Positions 46,847 through 56,721 of a stretch of 64,000 bases of DNA are shown piece by piece (the stretch's first letter is position 1; each line of letters opens with the position of its first letter). The stretch lies in assembly GCF_056746865.1 (NCBI RefSeq), contig NZ_CM163382.1; one strand, 5' to 3'. The notes beneath the pieces are model-generated. The model made no database searches and had not been told where the DNA came from. It worked only from the letters and a program-made list of their open reading frames with translations. The position numbers and the translations under genes are program-made.

Positions 46847-47833
46847 ATGGGTCAACTGATTGACGGCGTCTGGCATGACACCTGGTACGATACCAAATCT
46901 ACCGGCGGTAAATTTCAACGTTCAGCTTCCGCATTTCGTAACTGGCTCACTGCCGATGGCGCGCCAGGCCCCACTGGCACAGGCGGTTTTATCGCAGAGA
47001 AAGATCGTTATCATCTCTATGTTTCACTCGCCTGCCCGTGGGCGCACCGCACGCTGATCATGCGTAAACTCAAAGGACTGGAACCGTTTATTTCCGTTTC
47101 CGTAGTGAACCCGCTGATGCTGGAAAACGGCTGGACCTTTGATGACAGTTTTCCGGGTGCAACCGGCGATACACTCTATCAACATGAATTTTTGTATCAG
47201 CTTTATCTCCACGCCGATCCACACTACAGCGGACGAGTTACTGTTCCCGTGCTGTGGGACAAAAAGAACCACACCATCGTCAGCAACGAATCAGCAGAAA
47301 TCATCCGCATGTTCAATACCGCGTTTGATGCGCTGGGCGCGAAAGCTGGTGATTACTACCCATCAGCCCTGCAAACGAAAATTGACGAACTTAACGGCTG
47401 GATTTATGACACCGTTAACAATGGCGTGTATAAAGCCGGTTTTGCCACCAGCCAGCAAGCCTACGACGAGGCGGTAGTGAAAGTGTTTGAATCGCTGGCG
47501 CGACTGGAGCAGATTTTAGGCCAGCATCGTTACCTGACCGGCAACCAGCTAACCGAAGCCGATATTCGCCTGTGGACCACGCTGGTGCGTTTTGATCCGG
47601 TGTATGTCACCCACTTCAAGTGTGATAAGCACCGCATCAGCGATTACCTGAATCTGTATGGTTTCCTGCGCGATATCTACCAGATGCCGGGGATTGCCGA
47701 AACTGTCAATTTCGATCACATCCGTAATCACTACTTCCGCAGCCATAAGACCATCAACCCTACGGGGATTATTTCAATTGGTCCGTGGCAGGATCTCGAT
47801 GAACCGCATGGACGAGATGTTCGCTTCGGTTAA
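46847..47833 (+). CDS. yqjG: glutathionyl-hydroquinone reductase (Xi-class GST), 328 aa
   Basis: ORF 46826..47833; start at MGQLIDGVWHDTWYD preceded by GGAGGAG. Confidence 0.85.
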   Translation: MGQLIDGVWHDTWYDTKSTGGKFQRSASAFRNWLTADGAPGPTGTGGFIAEKDRYHLYVSLACPWAHRTLIMRKLKGLEPFISVSVVNPLMLENGWTFDDSFPGATGDTLYQHEFLYQLYLHADPHYSGRVTVPVLWDKKNHTIVSNESAEIIRMFNTAFDALGAKAGDYYPSALQTKIDELNGWIYDTVNNGVYKAGFATSQQAYDEAVVKVFESLARLEQILGQHRYLTGNQLTEADIRLWTTLVRFDPVYVTHFKCDKHRISDYLNLYGFLRDIYQMPGIAETVNFDHIRNHYFRSHKTINPTGIISIGPWQDLDEPHGRDVRFG

Positions 47834-47835
47834 AA

Positions 47836-47868
47836 AAAGGCACCTTACGAGGTGCCTCTGATTATTAG
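47836..47868 (+). terminator. hairpin terminator after yqjG
   Basis: aaggcacc-ttacga-ggtgcct followed by ctgattatt. Confidence 0.5.
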
Positions 47869-47874
47869 CTAAGT

Positions 47875-47995
47875 GCGTGTTATTTATGTCGGATGCGGCG
47901 TGAACGTTTTCTCCAACTTACAAAACGTTTATATTCAATATGTTACAATGCCGCGTAGGCCAGATAAGCGTAGCGCATCTGGCGATTTTGCGCTT
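47875..47995. repeat. REP/BIME elements
   Basis: gtcggatgcggcgtgaacg and tgccgcgtaggccagataagcgtagcgcatctggcg. Confidence 0.55.
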
Positions 47996-48124
47996 GTCAT
48001 CAGTCTTAGCGCGCCTTCACGGCACTTTATTAATTCCTTGAACGAATATTTACTGCCATTTCATTCACGTCTATTCTTAATTTGCTGCTTTAAAAACAAG
48101 TGATTGAGCAAAATTGAGGCAAAA

Positions 48125-48490
48125 ATGGACTGGTATCTGAAAGTACTAAAAAATTATGTCGGTTTCCGGGGTCGTGCGCGGCGCAAAGAGTACTGGATGT
48201 TTATTCTGGTCAACATCATCTTTACGTTCGTGCTGGGGCTGCTGGATAAAATGTTAGGCTGGCAACGCGCTGGTGGCGAAGGCATCCTGACAACAATCTA
48301 CGGTATTCTGGTGTTTTTACCGTGGTGGGCGGTTCAGTTCCGCCGCCTGCACGACACCGACCGCTCGGCGTGGTGGGCACTGCTGTTCTTAATCCCGTTT
48401 ATCGGCTGGCTTATTATCATCGTCTTTAACTGCCAGGCGGGTACGCCAGGCGAAAACCGCTTTGGACCTGATCCAAAACTGGAACCTTAA
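48125..48490 (+). CDS. yhaH: DUF805 inner-membrane protein YhaH, 121 aa
   Basis: ORF 48104..48490; start at MDWYLKVLKNYVGFRGRARRKEYW. Confidence 0.8.
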   Translation: MDWYLKVLKNYVGFRGRARRKEYWMFILVNIIFTFVLGLLDKMLGWQRAGGEGILTTIYGILVFLPWWAVQFRRLHDTDRSAWWALLFLIPFIGWLIIIVFNCQAGTPGENRFGPDPKLEP

Positions 48491-49044
48491 AACAAATCTG
48501 CTCGCCGGATGTCTGACTCATCCGGCTTTTATCATCATGTTGATGAATGAATAATTTACTAATGTTTAGTTAAAATATTTCAATGTCGTTATATAAATTA
48601 CATATAAAAAACAACCATATATTTATCTTAAATATTAAAACCTTTATAACATCCGAAAAAGAAAGATACGAATAGCATTTACACAATACCCGGAATAGAC
48701 TTTCGTCACTTTTAATTAAAGGGATGTTTTTATGCAGTGGTATTTATCCGTATTAAAAAATTATGTTGGTTTCTCTGGTCGCGCACGTCGTAAAGAGTAC
48801 TGGATGTTTACTCTGATTAACGCCATCGTCGGCGCTATTATCAATGTCATTCAATTGATTTTAGGTTTAGAGTTTCCGTTCCTTTCTCTCATTTACCTGG
48901 CAGCAACAATCATTCCGGTCATTGCTCTGTGCGTTCGTCGTCTGCATGATACTGACCGTTCAGGTGCGTGGGCGCTTCTCTATCTGGTACCGATCATTGG
49001 CTGGTTAGTTCTGTTTGTATTTGCCTGTTGGTAATGACTCCAAC

Positions 49045-49548
49045 TTATTGATAGTGTTTTATGTTCAGATAATGCCCGATGACTTTGTCATGCAGCTCCA
49101 CCGATTTTGAGAACGACAGCGACTTCCGTCCCAGCCGTGCCAGGTGCTGCCTCAGATTCAGGTTATGCCGCTCAATTCGCTGCGTATATCGCTTGCTGAT
49201 TACGTGCAGCTTTCCCTTCAGGCGGGATTCATACAGCGGCCAGCCATCCGTCATCCATATCACCACGTCAAAGGGTGACAGCAGGCTCATAAGACGCCCC
49301 AGCGTCGCCATAGTGCGTTCACCGAATACGTGCGCAACAACCGTCTTCCGGAGCCTGTCATACGCGTAAAACAGCCAGCGCTGGCGCGATTTAGCCCCGA
49401 CGTATCCCCACTGTTCGTCCATTTCCGCGCAGACGATGACGTCACTGCCCGGCTGTATGCGCGAGGTTACCGACTGCGGCCTGAGTTTTTTAAATGGCGG
49501 AAAATCGTGTTGAGGCCAACGCCCATAATGCGGGCGGTTGCCCGGCAT
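49045..49548 (-). CDS. insB: IS1 InsB (frame expressed as InsAB' by -1 frameshift), 167 aa
   Basis: ORF 49045..49548, recognised as the IS1 InsB frame. Confidence 0.9.
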   Translation of the reverse strand: MPGNRPHYGRWPQHDFPPFKKLRPQSVTSRIQPGSDVIVCAEMDEQWGYVGAKSRQRWLFYAYDRLRKTVVAHVFGERTMATLGRLMSLLSPFDVVIWMTDGWPLYESRLKGKLHVISKRYTQRIERHNLNLRQHLARLGRKSLSFSKSVELHDKVIGHYLNIKHYQ

Positions 49549-49742
49549 CCAACGCCATTCATGGCCATATCAATGATTTTCTGGTGCGTACCGGGTTGAG
49601 AAGCGGTGTAAGTGAACTGCAGTTGCCATGTTTTACGGCAGTGAGAGCAGAGATAGCGCTGATGTCCGGCAGTGCTTTTGCCGTTACGCACCACCCCGTC
49701 AGTAGCTGAACAGGAGGGACAGCTGATAGAAACAGAAGCCAC
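49467..49742 (-). CDS. insA: IS1 InsA, 91 aa
   Basis: [43 protein letters not shown]... Confidence 0.95.
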   Translation of the reverse strand: MASVSISCPSCSATDGVVRNGKSTAGHQRYLCSHCRKTWQLQFTYTASQPGTHQKIIDMAMNGVGCRATARIMGVGLNTIFRHLKNSGRSR

Positions 49743-49915
49743 TGGAGCACCTCAAAAACACCATCATACACTAAATCAGTAAGTTGGCAGCATCACCTTG
49801 CCTGTTTAGAGGGCAATTCTGGCAGCAATCGTTACGGAAACGATCCGAAATTTGGTTCAAATTAATATTAAAATTGGGGCGATATTTCGCCCCTTGTTAT
49901 TAACAATAACAAATA

Positions 49916-50812
49916 TTATTTTCCGCTAAAAAGTTTGGGAATTTCCCGCAGACACCAGGATTTCGCTTCCCCCATACTGTCACGACGCCAGGCCATAATA
50001 ATATCGATCTCGCTGGTCGATTCCGGGCTGACGACACGCAACCGCCCTTCCGCAATATCTTTTTCGACCATCGGATACGGCATCGTCGCCACGCCAAGCC
50101 CCGCCAGTAATGCCTGACGTTTATCTTCAATCGTGCTCACCGTTAAGCGCGGCTGTTTGTCCAGCAGCTGTACGGTCAACACCGGGCGCTCACGAGCGGT
50201 ATCCGCCACCGCAATTCCACGATATTTCACGCGCGTCACTTCAGATAACGGTTCCGGCTCCTGATGAATCGGGTGATCAGGCGCGGCAACGTAGACGTTC
50301 ATTAACGTATAGAGCTTGCGCGAGTTGATCTCCGACGAGGAACGAAAATGCATATCCGGCGCGATAACAATATCCGCCCGCCCCTGCTCCAGCCGTTCCC
50401 ACGCCCCCGCCAGCACTTCGGTGATAATTGCCAGTTGGGTATTGGCTTTTGCCGCCAGTTTGTCGATTAACGGGAAAAAGGCAGGTGTCGGTACCAGCGC
50501 CTCGGTCACAATGGTGAGATGCGTTTCCCAACCGCGCGCGAGAGCTTCCGCATCGGTAGTCAGTTTATCTGCGGCTTCCAGCAAAACGCGCCCTCGCTCC
50601 AGCAACATCCTCCCGACATTGGTGAATTTGGTGCGATGGCCCGAGCGGTCAAACAGCACCACATCCAGCTCTTCTTCCAGTTTTTGCATGGTGTAGCTAA
50701 GTGCGGAAGGCACGCGTCCCAGCTCATCCGCCGCCGCCGCAAAACTGCCCCGGCGATCGATCGCATCCATAACCCGTAGTGCTTCCAGCGTTAATGCCCT
50801 TTCTTTGGCCAT
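49916..50812 (-). CDS. yhaJ: LysR-family transcriptional regulator, 298 aa
   Basis: ORF 49916..50812; LysR-type HTH (TLEALRVMDAIDRRGSFAAAADELGRVPSALSYTMQKLE). Confidence 0.85.
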   Translation of the reverse strand: MAKERALTLEALRVMDAIDRRGSFAAAADELGRVPSALSYTMQKLEEELDVVLFDRSGHRTKFTNVGRMLLERGRVLLEAADKLTTDAEALARGWETHLTIVTEALVPTPAFFPLIDKLAAKANTQLAIITEVLAGAWERLEQGRADIVIAPDMHFRSSSEINSRKLYTLMNVYVAAPDHPIHQEPEPLSEVTRVKYRGIAVADTARERPVLTVQLLDKQPRLTVSTIEDKRQALLAGLGVATMPYPMVEKDIAEGRLRVVSPESTSEIDIIMAWRRDSMGEAKSWCLREIPKLFSGK

Positions 50813-50916
50813 TTCGTTCTCATTCAGGAAATTTGAACATACCGGGCAGAATATCTGGCTAACAATGTAGCGTCCAGCCCCTTACCATAAAAGGAAGTAA
50901 AGAGAGGTCAAGAATT

Positions 50917-51618
50917 ATGATTACTACCCGAACTGCCAGGCAGTGTGGACAAGCAGACTACGGATGGTTGCAGGCCCGGTATACTTTTTCCTTTGGACAC
51001 TACTTCGACCCGAAATTGTTAGGCTATGCCTCCCTGCGCGTGCTTAACCAGGAAGTGCTGGCCCCAGGTGCCGCCTTTCAGCCGCGAACCTATCCCAAAG
51101 TCGATATTTTAAATGTGATTCTGGATGGAGAAGCAGAGTATCGCGACAGCGAAGGCAATCATGTTCAGGCCAGCTCCGGTGAGGCGTTGCTGCTCTCTAC
51201 CCAGCCGGGTGTCAGCTATAGCGAACACAATCTCAGCAAAGACAAACCGTTAACGCGAATGCAGCTTTGGCTGGATGCCTGCCCGCAGCGAGAGAATCCG
51301 CTGATTCAAAAGCTGGCGCTTAATATGGACAAGCAGCAATTAATCGCCTCGCCAGAGGGTGCGATGGGAAGCCTGCAATTACGCCAACAAGTGTGGCTGC
51401 ACCATATCGTGCTCGACAAAGGCGAAAGTGCGAATTTCCAGTTGCATGGGCCACGCGCGTATTTGCAATCGATTCACGGGAAATTTCATGCGCTTACGCA
51501 TCATGAAGAGAAAGCGGCGCTAACCTGCGGTGATGGGGCGTTTATTCGTGACGAGGCTAACATTACGCTGGTTGCCGATTCCCCACTGCGCGCTTTGCTG
51601 ATAGATTTGCCTGTCTAG
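50917..51618 (+). CDS. yhaK: pirin-like bicupin protein, 233 aa
   Basis: ORF 50917..51618; divergent from yhaJ. Confidence 0.85.
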   Translation: MITTRTARQCGQADYGWLQARYTFSFGHYFDPKLLGYASLRVLNQEVLAPGAAFQPRTYPKVDILNVILDGEAEYRDSEGNHVQASSGEALLLSTQPGVSYSEHNLSKDKPLTRMQLWLDACPQRENPLIQKLALNMDKQQLIASPEGAMGSLQLRQQVWLHHIVLDKGESANFQLHGPRAYLQSIHGKFHALTHHEEKAALTCGDGAFIRDEANITLVADSPLRALLIDLPV

Positions 51619-51640
51619 TTGTTTTTACAGGGAGATGATG

Positions 51641-51805
51641 ATGAGTAAAAAATCGGCCAAAAAGCGTCAGCCAGTGAAGCCCGTGGTGGCGAAAGAACCT
51701 GCTCGCACCGCCAATAATTTTGGCTATGAAGAGATGTTGAGCGAGCTGGAAGCCATCGTCGCGGATGCTGAAACGCGTTTAGCCGAGGATGAAGCTACCG
51801 CGTAA
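51641..51805 (+). CDS. yhaL: small protein YhaL, 54 aa
   Basis: Hand-translated MSKKSAKKRQPVKPVVAKEPARTANNFGYEEMLSELEAIVADAETRLAEDEATA; GGAG upstream; below the 60-aa cutoff of the ORF track. Confidence 0.7.
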   Translation: MSKKSAKKRQPVKPVVAKEPARTANNFGYEEMLSELEAIVADAETRLAEDEATA

Positions 51806-51935
<130 letters not shown>

Positions 51936-51937
51936 GT

Positions 51938-53248
51938 TTATCTGGCCTTGCTCGCCATAATCTCGATAATCTGCCGATCCGTTTGCTGCATCGAATGGCT
52001 TGCTAACGCACACAGGTTGGCAATCGACTGCTCAACATCATGCGCCACAATCCCTTCATTGCCGGTCACGGCGGTATCATCCAGCGCCATTAACACCGCT
52101 TTCCACGCAGCCGAAGCACTGGTCGAAACCTTCATCGCGCAGCTGTTCGACGCACCATCGCAAATCATGCCGCTGACATCGCCGATCATACTGCTGATCG
52201 CCATCGAAATGGTTTCATAACGCCCATCCACCAGCCATGCCATCCCGGCGGCGGCCCCCATTGCTGCGGTCGTTGCGGCACAAAGCGCAGACAAACGCGG
52301 TAACTGGTTATGGATGTAAATCGCGCTCAAATGCGAAAGCATCAGCGCACGCGCCAGCCGTTCATCATCCGCTCCGAAGTGTTCTGCTACCACCACCACA
52401 GGCATTGTTGCGGTGATCCCTTGGTTACCCGAGCCGGAGTTACTCATTGCCGGAAGCGTAGCGCCGCCCATACGCGCATCGGATGCCGCGCTGGTACGAA
52501 TCACAATGGATGAAGAGAGATCTTTCGCCAGCAAACCGCGCGCGCACTGTTTTTCCAGCGTCGCACCAATATGCAGCCCCCAGTTACCGCTCAAACCTTC
52601 CTGCGATAACGCACAATTTAACTTCGCAGAATCGAGAATAAAGCGGATCGCCGCAAACGGGACTTCATTGACGAACTTCAGGATCTCAGCCAGCGTCGTC
52701 CTGGAAAGCACCGTCAGCGGCGACTCTTGCTCGCCCTCTGTCACACACGCCTGCTGGGTAAACACCACACCATTGTGCGTCTCAATATGCACAATGTTGG
52801 TATGCCCGCCGACAATGGTGACACACGCCCACTTCTCACCGTTCCAGACTTTGGCGCGTGAGAAGAGGATTTCATCGCAAGGTTCCTGGATCTTAACTGA
52901 GACTTTCCCCGCCGCCAGCAGTGCTTTGGCATCGGCAATTGCCTGCGCAGTTGCATCTTTCAGCACTTCCAGCCCGGCGTTAGCATTTCCACCTAACGCT
53001 CCCAGCGCCGCCGCAATCGGCAGCCCCACCATTCCCGTGCCGGGAACGGTGACGCCCAGACCGTTCTTCATCAGATTTGGCGAAACCCAGGCTTCTACAC
53101 GTTCAACCGGACCTTCCAGTTCAGCCGCAGCAACCGCCGCTGCCAGCGCCAGTGAAATCGGTTCAGTACACCCCAGCGCCGGTTTTACCTCCTCCTGAAC
53201 GGCGAGGATGTAACGCTGCCATAACGGATTTAAAGTCGAATCAAACAT
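51938..53248 (-). CDS. cyuA: L-cysteine desulfidase, 436 aa
   Basis: ORF 51938..53248; synteny (formerly yhaM). Confidence 0.85.
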   Translation of the reverse strand: MFDSTLNPLWQRYILAVQEEVKPALGCTEPISLALAAAVAAAELEGPVERVEAWVSPNLMKNGLGVTVPGTGMVGLPIAAALGALGGNANAGLEVLKDATAQAIADAKALLAAGKVSVKIQEPCDEILFSRAKVWNGEKWACVTIVGGHTNIVHIETHNGVVFTQQACVTEGEQESPLTVLSRTTLAEILKFVNEVPFAAIRFILDSAKLNCALSQEGLSGNWGLHIGATLEKQCARGLLAKDLSSSIVIRTSAASDARMGGATLPAMSNSGSGNQGITATMPVVVVAEHFGADDERLARALMLSHLSAIYIHNQLPRLSALCAATTAAMGAAAGMAWLVDGRYETISMAISSMIGDVSGMICDGASNSCAMKVSTSASAAWKAVLMALDDTAVTGNEGIVAHDVEQSIANLCALASHSMQQTDRQIIEIMASKAR

Positions 53249-53275
53249 ATTAAAAACCTTAAAATTTCAGGTAAA

Positions 53276-54607
53276 TCAAGAAAATGCCAGGAACGGAGAA
53301 ACACAAAGCAACAAACCAGTGACGATAATCAGGTACAGAGACATCCCTTTGTATTTGTGCAATGCCGGTACTTTGTAAACCAGCCACGCCGGGATCAGGC
53401 ACCCTACCATGCCGAAAATCGGGCTACAGATAGAGGTGAAGCTCAACACCGGGGCGTTCAGTACGATGGCGCTCCAGGCCAGCAAAATGGCGAAAATCAT
53501 GATGCCGCGCTGAACGAGATTTTCGTTAATCTTCTCGGCAGGTATCTTGCGACGCAGGATGTTCATTACGATCCCTTGCGTTGCTTCGCGAAAGCCTAAA
53601 TAGACGCCAAAGAATGCAGTCATTACAGCAAAGATATTGAGAATGACGCTGACCACTTTCACCCACGCTGCGCCGTCACCGCTAATAAACTGTGCGGCAA
53701 TCGCCAACGCGGAAATATTCTGCTCGTAGGCTTTTACCGCTTCGTCATGTCCCATCGCCAGCGTGAACGACACGGCGTAGAAAAAGACGGTGACAAACAA
53801 AATGCCAAACGCGATATTCATTGCCCGCAATGCTTTATGCCGCGCCACTTCAATTGATTTTTCCCGCGAGCGATAAGAGATCACCATCGGGCTTAACGTC
53901 TGGATAAACAGAATCGACGTCAGGGTAAACGGCAGCGTAATAATGGCGTTTTTCACCAGCAGCCCCAGCGGCGGTAGCGAACCGACGTTATACAGATGCC
54001 ACATTCCCACCATCGACACGCCCAGCGCCGCGACCACCAGCAGCTTGGTCAGCACCATGCCCGTCGAAATTTTGAATAACAATTTCTCGCCGCGTGAGGA
54101 GATCGCCACCAGAATGCAAATCAGTACCAGACCATAAAAGGGACTGTCTGACAGCAACCCTTCCGTCACGCCGAAGGTATGCAGGTAGGAAGCACTATCG
54201 TTGGTGATGGCGGTGGAATAGACGAACATCCAAATCACCAGCATTACGAAATAGAGTGCACCTAACAGGATGCCCCAGTTTTTACCTAAATAGCCGCTAA
54301 TGACGCTCGGGTAATCTTTACATTCTGGTGATTCTGCCAGCGTATTAATAAACAACCGCTGAAACAGATACATTGCCGGGTAACCAATCACCGATGAGAG
54401 CAAAAATACCCACAATCCCATCAAACCGACCTGCACCGGGAGAAAAACAATCCCCGCGCCAATCGCCATCCCGATACTCATAATCACCCAGCCGGTGTCA
54501 GTACTGTCGAATTTGATCGCTTCTCGCCACTCGCTCTCACTCATTCCAGCACGACCCGCCGGGGTCGAAGCGTCTGCAATGACGCCTTTATTCGATGCAA
54601 TTTCCAT
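53276..54607 (-). CDS. cyuP: cysteine/serine transporter (HAAAP family), 443 aa
   Basis: ORF 53276..54607; polytopic membrane protein; formerly yhaO. Confidence 0.85.
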   Translation of the reverse strand: MEIASNKGVIADASTPAGRAGMSESEWREAIKFDSTDTGWVIMSIGMAIGAGIVFLPVQVGLMGLWVFLLSSVIGYPAMYLFQRLFINTLAESPECKDYPSVISGYLGKNWGILLGALYFVMLVIWMFVYSTAITNDSASYLHTFGVTEGLLSDSPFYGLVLICILVAISSRGEKLLFKISTGMVLTKLLVVAALGVSMVGMWHLYNVGSLPPLGLLVKNAIITLPFTLTSILFIQTLSPMVISYRSREKSIEVARHKALRAMNIAFGILFVTVFFYAVSFTLAMGHDEAVKAYEQNISALAIAAQFISGDGAAWVKVVSVILNIFAVMTAFFGVYLGFREATQGIVMNILRRKIPAEKINENLVQRGIMIFAILLAWSAIVLNAPVLSFTSICSPIFGMVGCLIPAWLVYKVPALHKYKGMSLYLIIVTGLLLCVSPFLAFS

Positions 54608-54882
54608 AATTTCTCGCTCAATATTTTGTAGGGCTTATTATTTTTTTCCGAGCCGCATCAAGGCGATATGCGGTCTACGTTTTTGCAGGCGAGTTATTAG
54701 AATAAAGAAATGATACGCGCGAGGTCAGAGAAAATCTTCACAATCAAGACTTTGAAATAACGGAGATGGATAAGAATTTTCTACTAAATTAATCGCAAGA
54801 GAATATTCATTCTCTATTTGCGGCAGATCACAAAAAAAAAGGTGCACATTTGTGCACCCAATGATGAAAGCTGACAGTAATG

Positions 54883-56247
54883 TCAGCCGCAGACCACTTT
54901 AATGGCCAGTCCTCCGCGTGATGTTTCGCGGTATTTATCGTTCATATCTTTGCCGGTTTCATACATCGTCTCGATCACTTTATCGAGTGAAACACGCGGT
55001 GCCGAGGTGCGGCGCATCGCCATCCGTGCGGCATTTACTGCTTTCACGGCATTAATGGCATTACGTTCAATGCACGGGATTTGTACCTGTCCGGCAACCG
55101 GATCGCAGGTCAGCCCAAGGTTATGCTCCATCGCGATTTCCGCCGCATTGCACACCTGCGCCGGACTGCCGCCCAGGAGTTCAGTTAACCCTGCCGCCGC
55201 CATTGAACAGGCCACGCCAATCTCCCCCTGACAGCCGACTTCCGCGCCAGAGATGGAGGCGTTCATTTTATACAGCGCGCCAATAGCCCCCGCTGCCAGA
55301 AAATAGCGGGCAATTGACCGCTCGTTTACCGGACGACGGAACTTATCGTAATAAGCCAGCACTGCCGGAATAATGCCGCACGCACCGTTAGTCGGTGCCG
55401 TTACCACACGCCCGCCAGCTGCGTTTTCTTCACTAACCGCCAGCGCGTACATATTGATCCAGTCGATGACATTCATCGGATCGTTAGAGATGTTATCGCT
55501 GGAAACCAGCTGACGACGCAGCGCTACGGCACGACGCGGCACATTGAGCGGACCAGGCAGCACGCCTTCAGTGTTCATCCCGCGTTCAATACCGTCATGC
55601 ATCACTTGCCAGATACGGGCAAACCCTGCGTCAATTTCCGCTTTGCTGCGCAGCGCCAGCTCGTTGTGCATCATCAGACCAGATATAGACAGGCCGTTGT
55701 AATCACACATTTTCAGCAGTTCACCTGCTGAGTGGAAATCGTAAGGTACGGACGTTTCGACATCGTGCGACAGGCCGAAGTGTTCTTCTTCGACAATAAA
55801 CCCGCCGCCGACAGAGTAATAGGTTTTACTTAATAGCGCTTCCTGTCCCTTCCAGGCAGTGATCCGCATTCCGTTCTCATGGCGAGGCAACATTTCGGGA
55901 TGGAAGATAATGTTTTTTGCTACAGGAAAATCAACAATATGCGCACCAGATGCCACTGGCAGCCGCCCGCTGCGCGTTACTAACTCTATAAATGCAGGGA
56001 TCTCATCAATGACAACATCCTGCGGACTATTTCCTGCCAGTCCCATGATGATGGCGACATCCGTGGCATGGCCTTTGCCCGTCAGTGACAACGACCCGTA
56101 CAGATCGACCACAATATGGCTCGTCGCGGTTAATAAGCCGCTACTTTCCAGCCGATCAATAAAACTTTTTCCGGCATTCATTGGCCCCACGGTATGCGAA
56201 CTGGAGGGACCAATCCCAATTTTGAAAATATCGAATGCACTAATCAT
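54883..56247 (-). CDS. tdcG: L-serine dehydratase TdcG, 454 aa
   Basis: ORF 54883..56253; start at [23 protein letters not shown]. Confidence 0.9.
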   Translation of the reverse strand: MISAFDIFKIGIGPSSSHTVGPMNAGKSFIDRLESSGLLTATSHIVVDLYGSLSLTGKGHATDVAIIMGLAGNSPQDVVIDEIPAFIELVTRSGRLPVASGAHIVDFPVAKNIIFHPEMLPRHENGMRITAWKGQEALLSKTYYSVGGGFIVEEEHFGLSHDVETSVPYDFHSAGELLKMCDYNGLSISGLMMHNELALRSKAEIDAGFARIWQVMHDGIERGMNTEGVLPGPLNVPRRAVALRRQLVSSDNISNDPMNVIDWINMYALAVSEENAAGGRVVTAPTNGACGIIPAVLAYYDKFRRPVNERSIARYFLAAGAIGALYKMNASISGAEVGCQGEIGVACSMAAAGLTELLGGSPAQVCNAAEIAMEHNLGLTCDPVAGQVQIPCIERNAINAVKAVNAARMAMRRTSAPRVSLDKVIETMYETGKDMNDKYRETSRGGLAIKVVCG

Positions 56248-56318
56248 ATCCACACCCTCGGATTGCCGTTCAGTGAAGTGGAGCGGAACGACCTTGCGAC
56301 CGTCCCGCTCACGAGGCT

Positions 56319-56708
56319 TTACGCACTACGTACTGCGATGGCTTCAATTTCCAGCTTCACATCTTTCGGCAAACGCGCGACCTGTACACAGCTCCGGGTC
56401 GGGTAGGTCGCCTGATGCTCATCGAAGAACTGCTTATAGACTTCGTTGATGGTGGCAAAATCATTCAGATCGGTGATGAACACGGTCATCTTGATGATAT
56501 CGCCCACGCTCAGCCCGGCAGCAACCACGATCGCTTTGACGTTTTCGAGGCTTAAACGCGCCTGATCTTGCACATCAGCCGGGATCTCACCGGTCTGTGG
56601 GCAAACCGGAATTTGACCGGAGGTGAAGACCATGCTGCCTAAATCAACGCCCTGAACATAAGGGCCGATTGCGTCTGGGGCACGTTGCGTTTCGATAATC
56701 TTTTTCAT
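56319..56708 (-). CDS. tdcF: RidA-family enamine/imine deaminase TdcF, 129 aa
   Basis: ORF 56319..56771; start at the internal MKKIIETQRAPDAIGPYVQG. Confidence 0.9.
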   Translation of the reverse strand: MKKIIETQRAPDAIGPYVQGVDLGSMVFTSGQIPVCPQTGEIPADVQDQARLSLENVKAIVVAAGLSVGDIIKMTVFITDLNDFATINEVYKQFFDEHQATYPTRSCVQVARLPKDVKLEIEAIAVRSA

Positions 56709-56721
56709 ACATCCTCCGGCG

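Larger units (their letters stand above)
49030..49797 (-). mobile_element. IS1 (768 bp) with 9-bp target-site duplication TTGCCTGTT (49021-49029 and 49798-49806)
   Basis: Ends GGTAATGACTCCAACTTATTGATAGTG ... GGCAGCATCACC; InsA and InsB reading frames inside; identical 9-bp direct repeats flank the element. Confidence 0.95.
48732..49865 (+). pseudogene. yhaI: yhaI (DUF805 paralog of yhaH) interrupted by IS1; the intact gene would encode 118 aa, here truncated after codon 99
   Basis: ORF 48732..49034 ends FVFACW-stop with the last codons supplied by the IS1 end. Removing IS1 plus one copy of the 9-bp duplication restores ...FVFAC-LEGNSGSNRYGNDPKFGSN-stop, ending at 49865. Confidence 0.85.

Noticed and set aside
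52413-53198. 261-aa plus-strand ORF
   Set aside because: Antisense to cyuA (yhaM); Ser/Ala/Pro-rich low-complexity translation.
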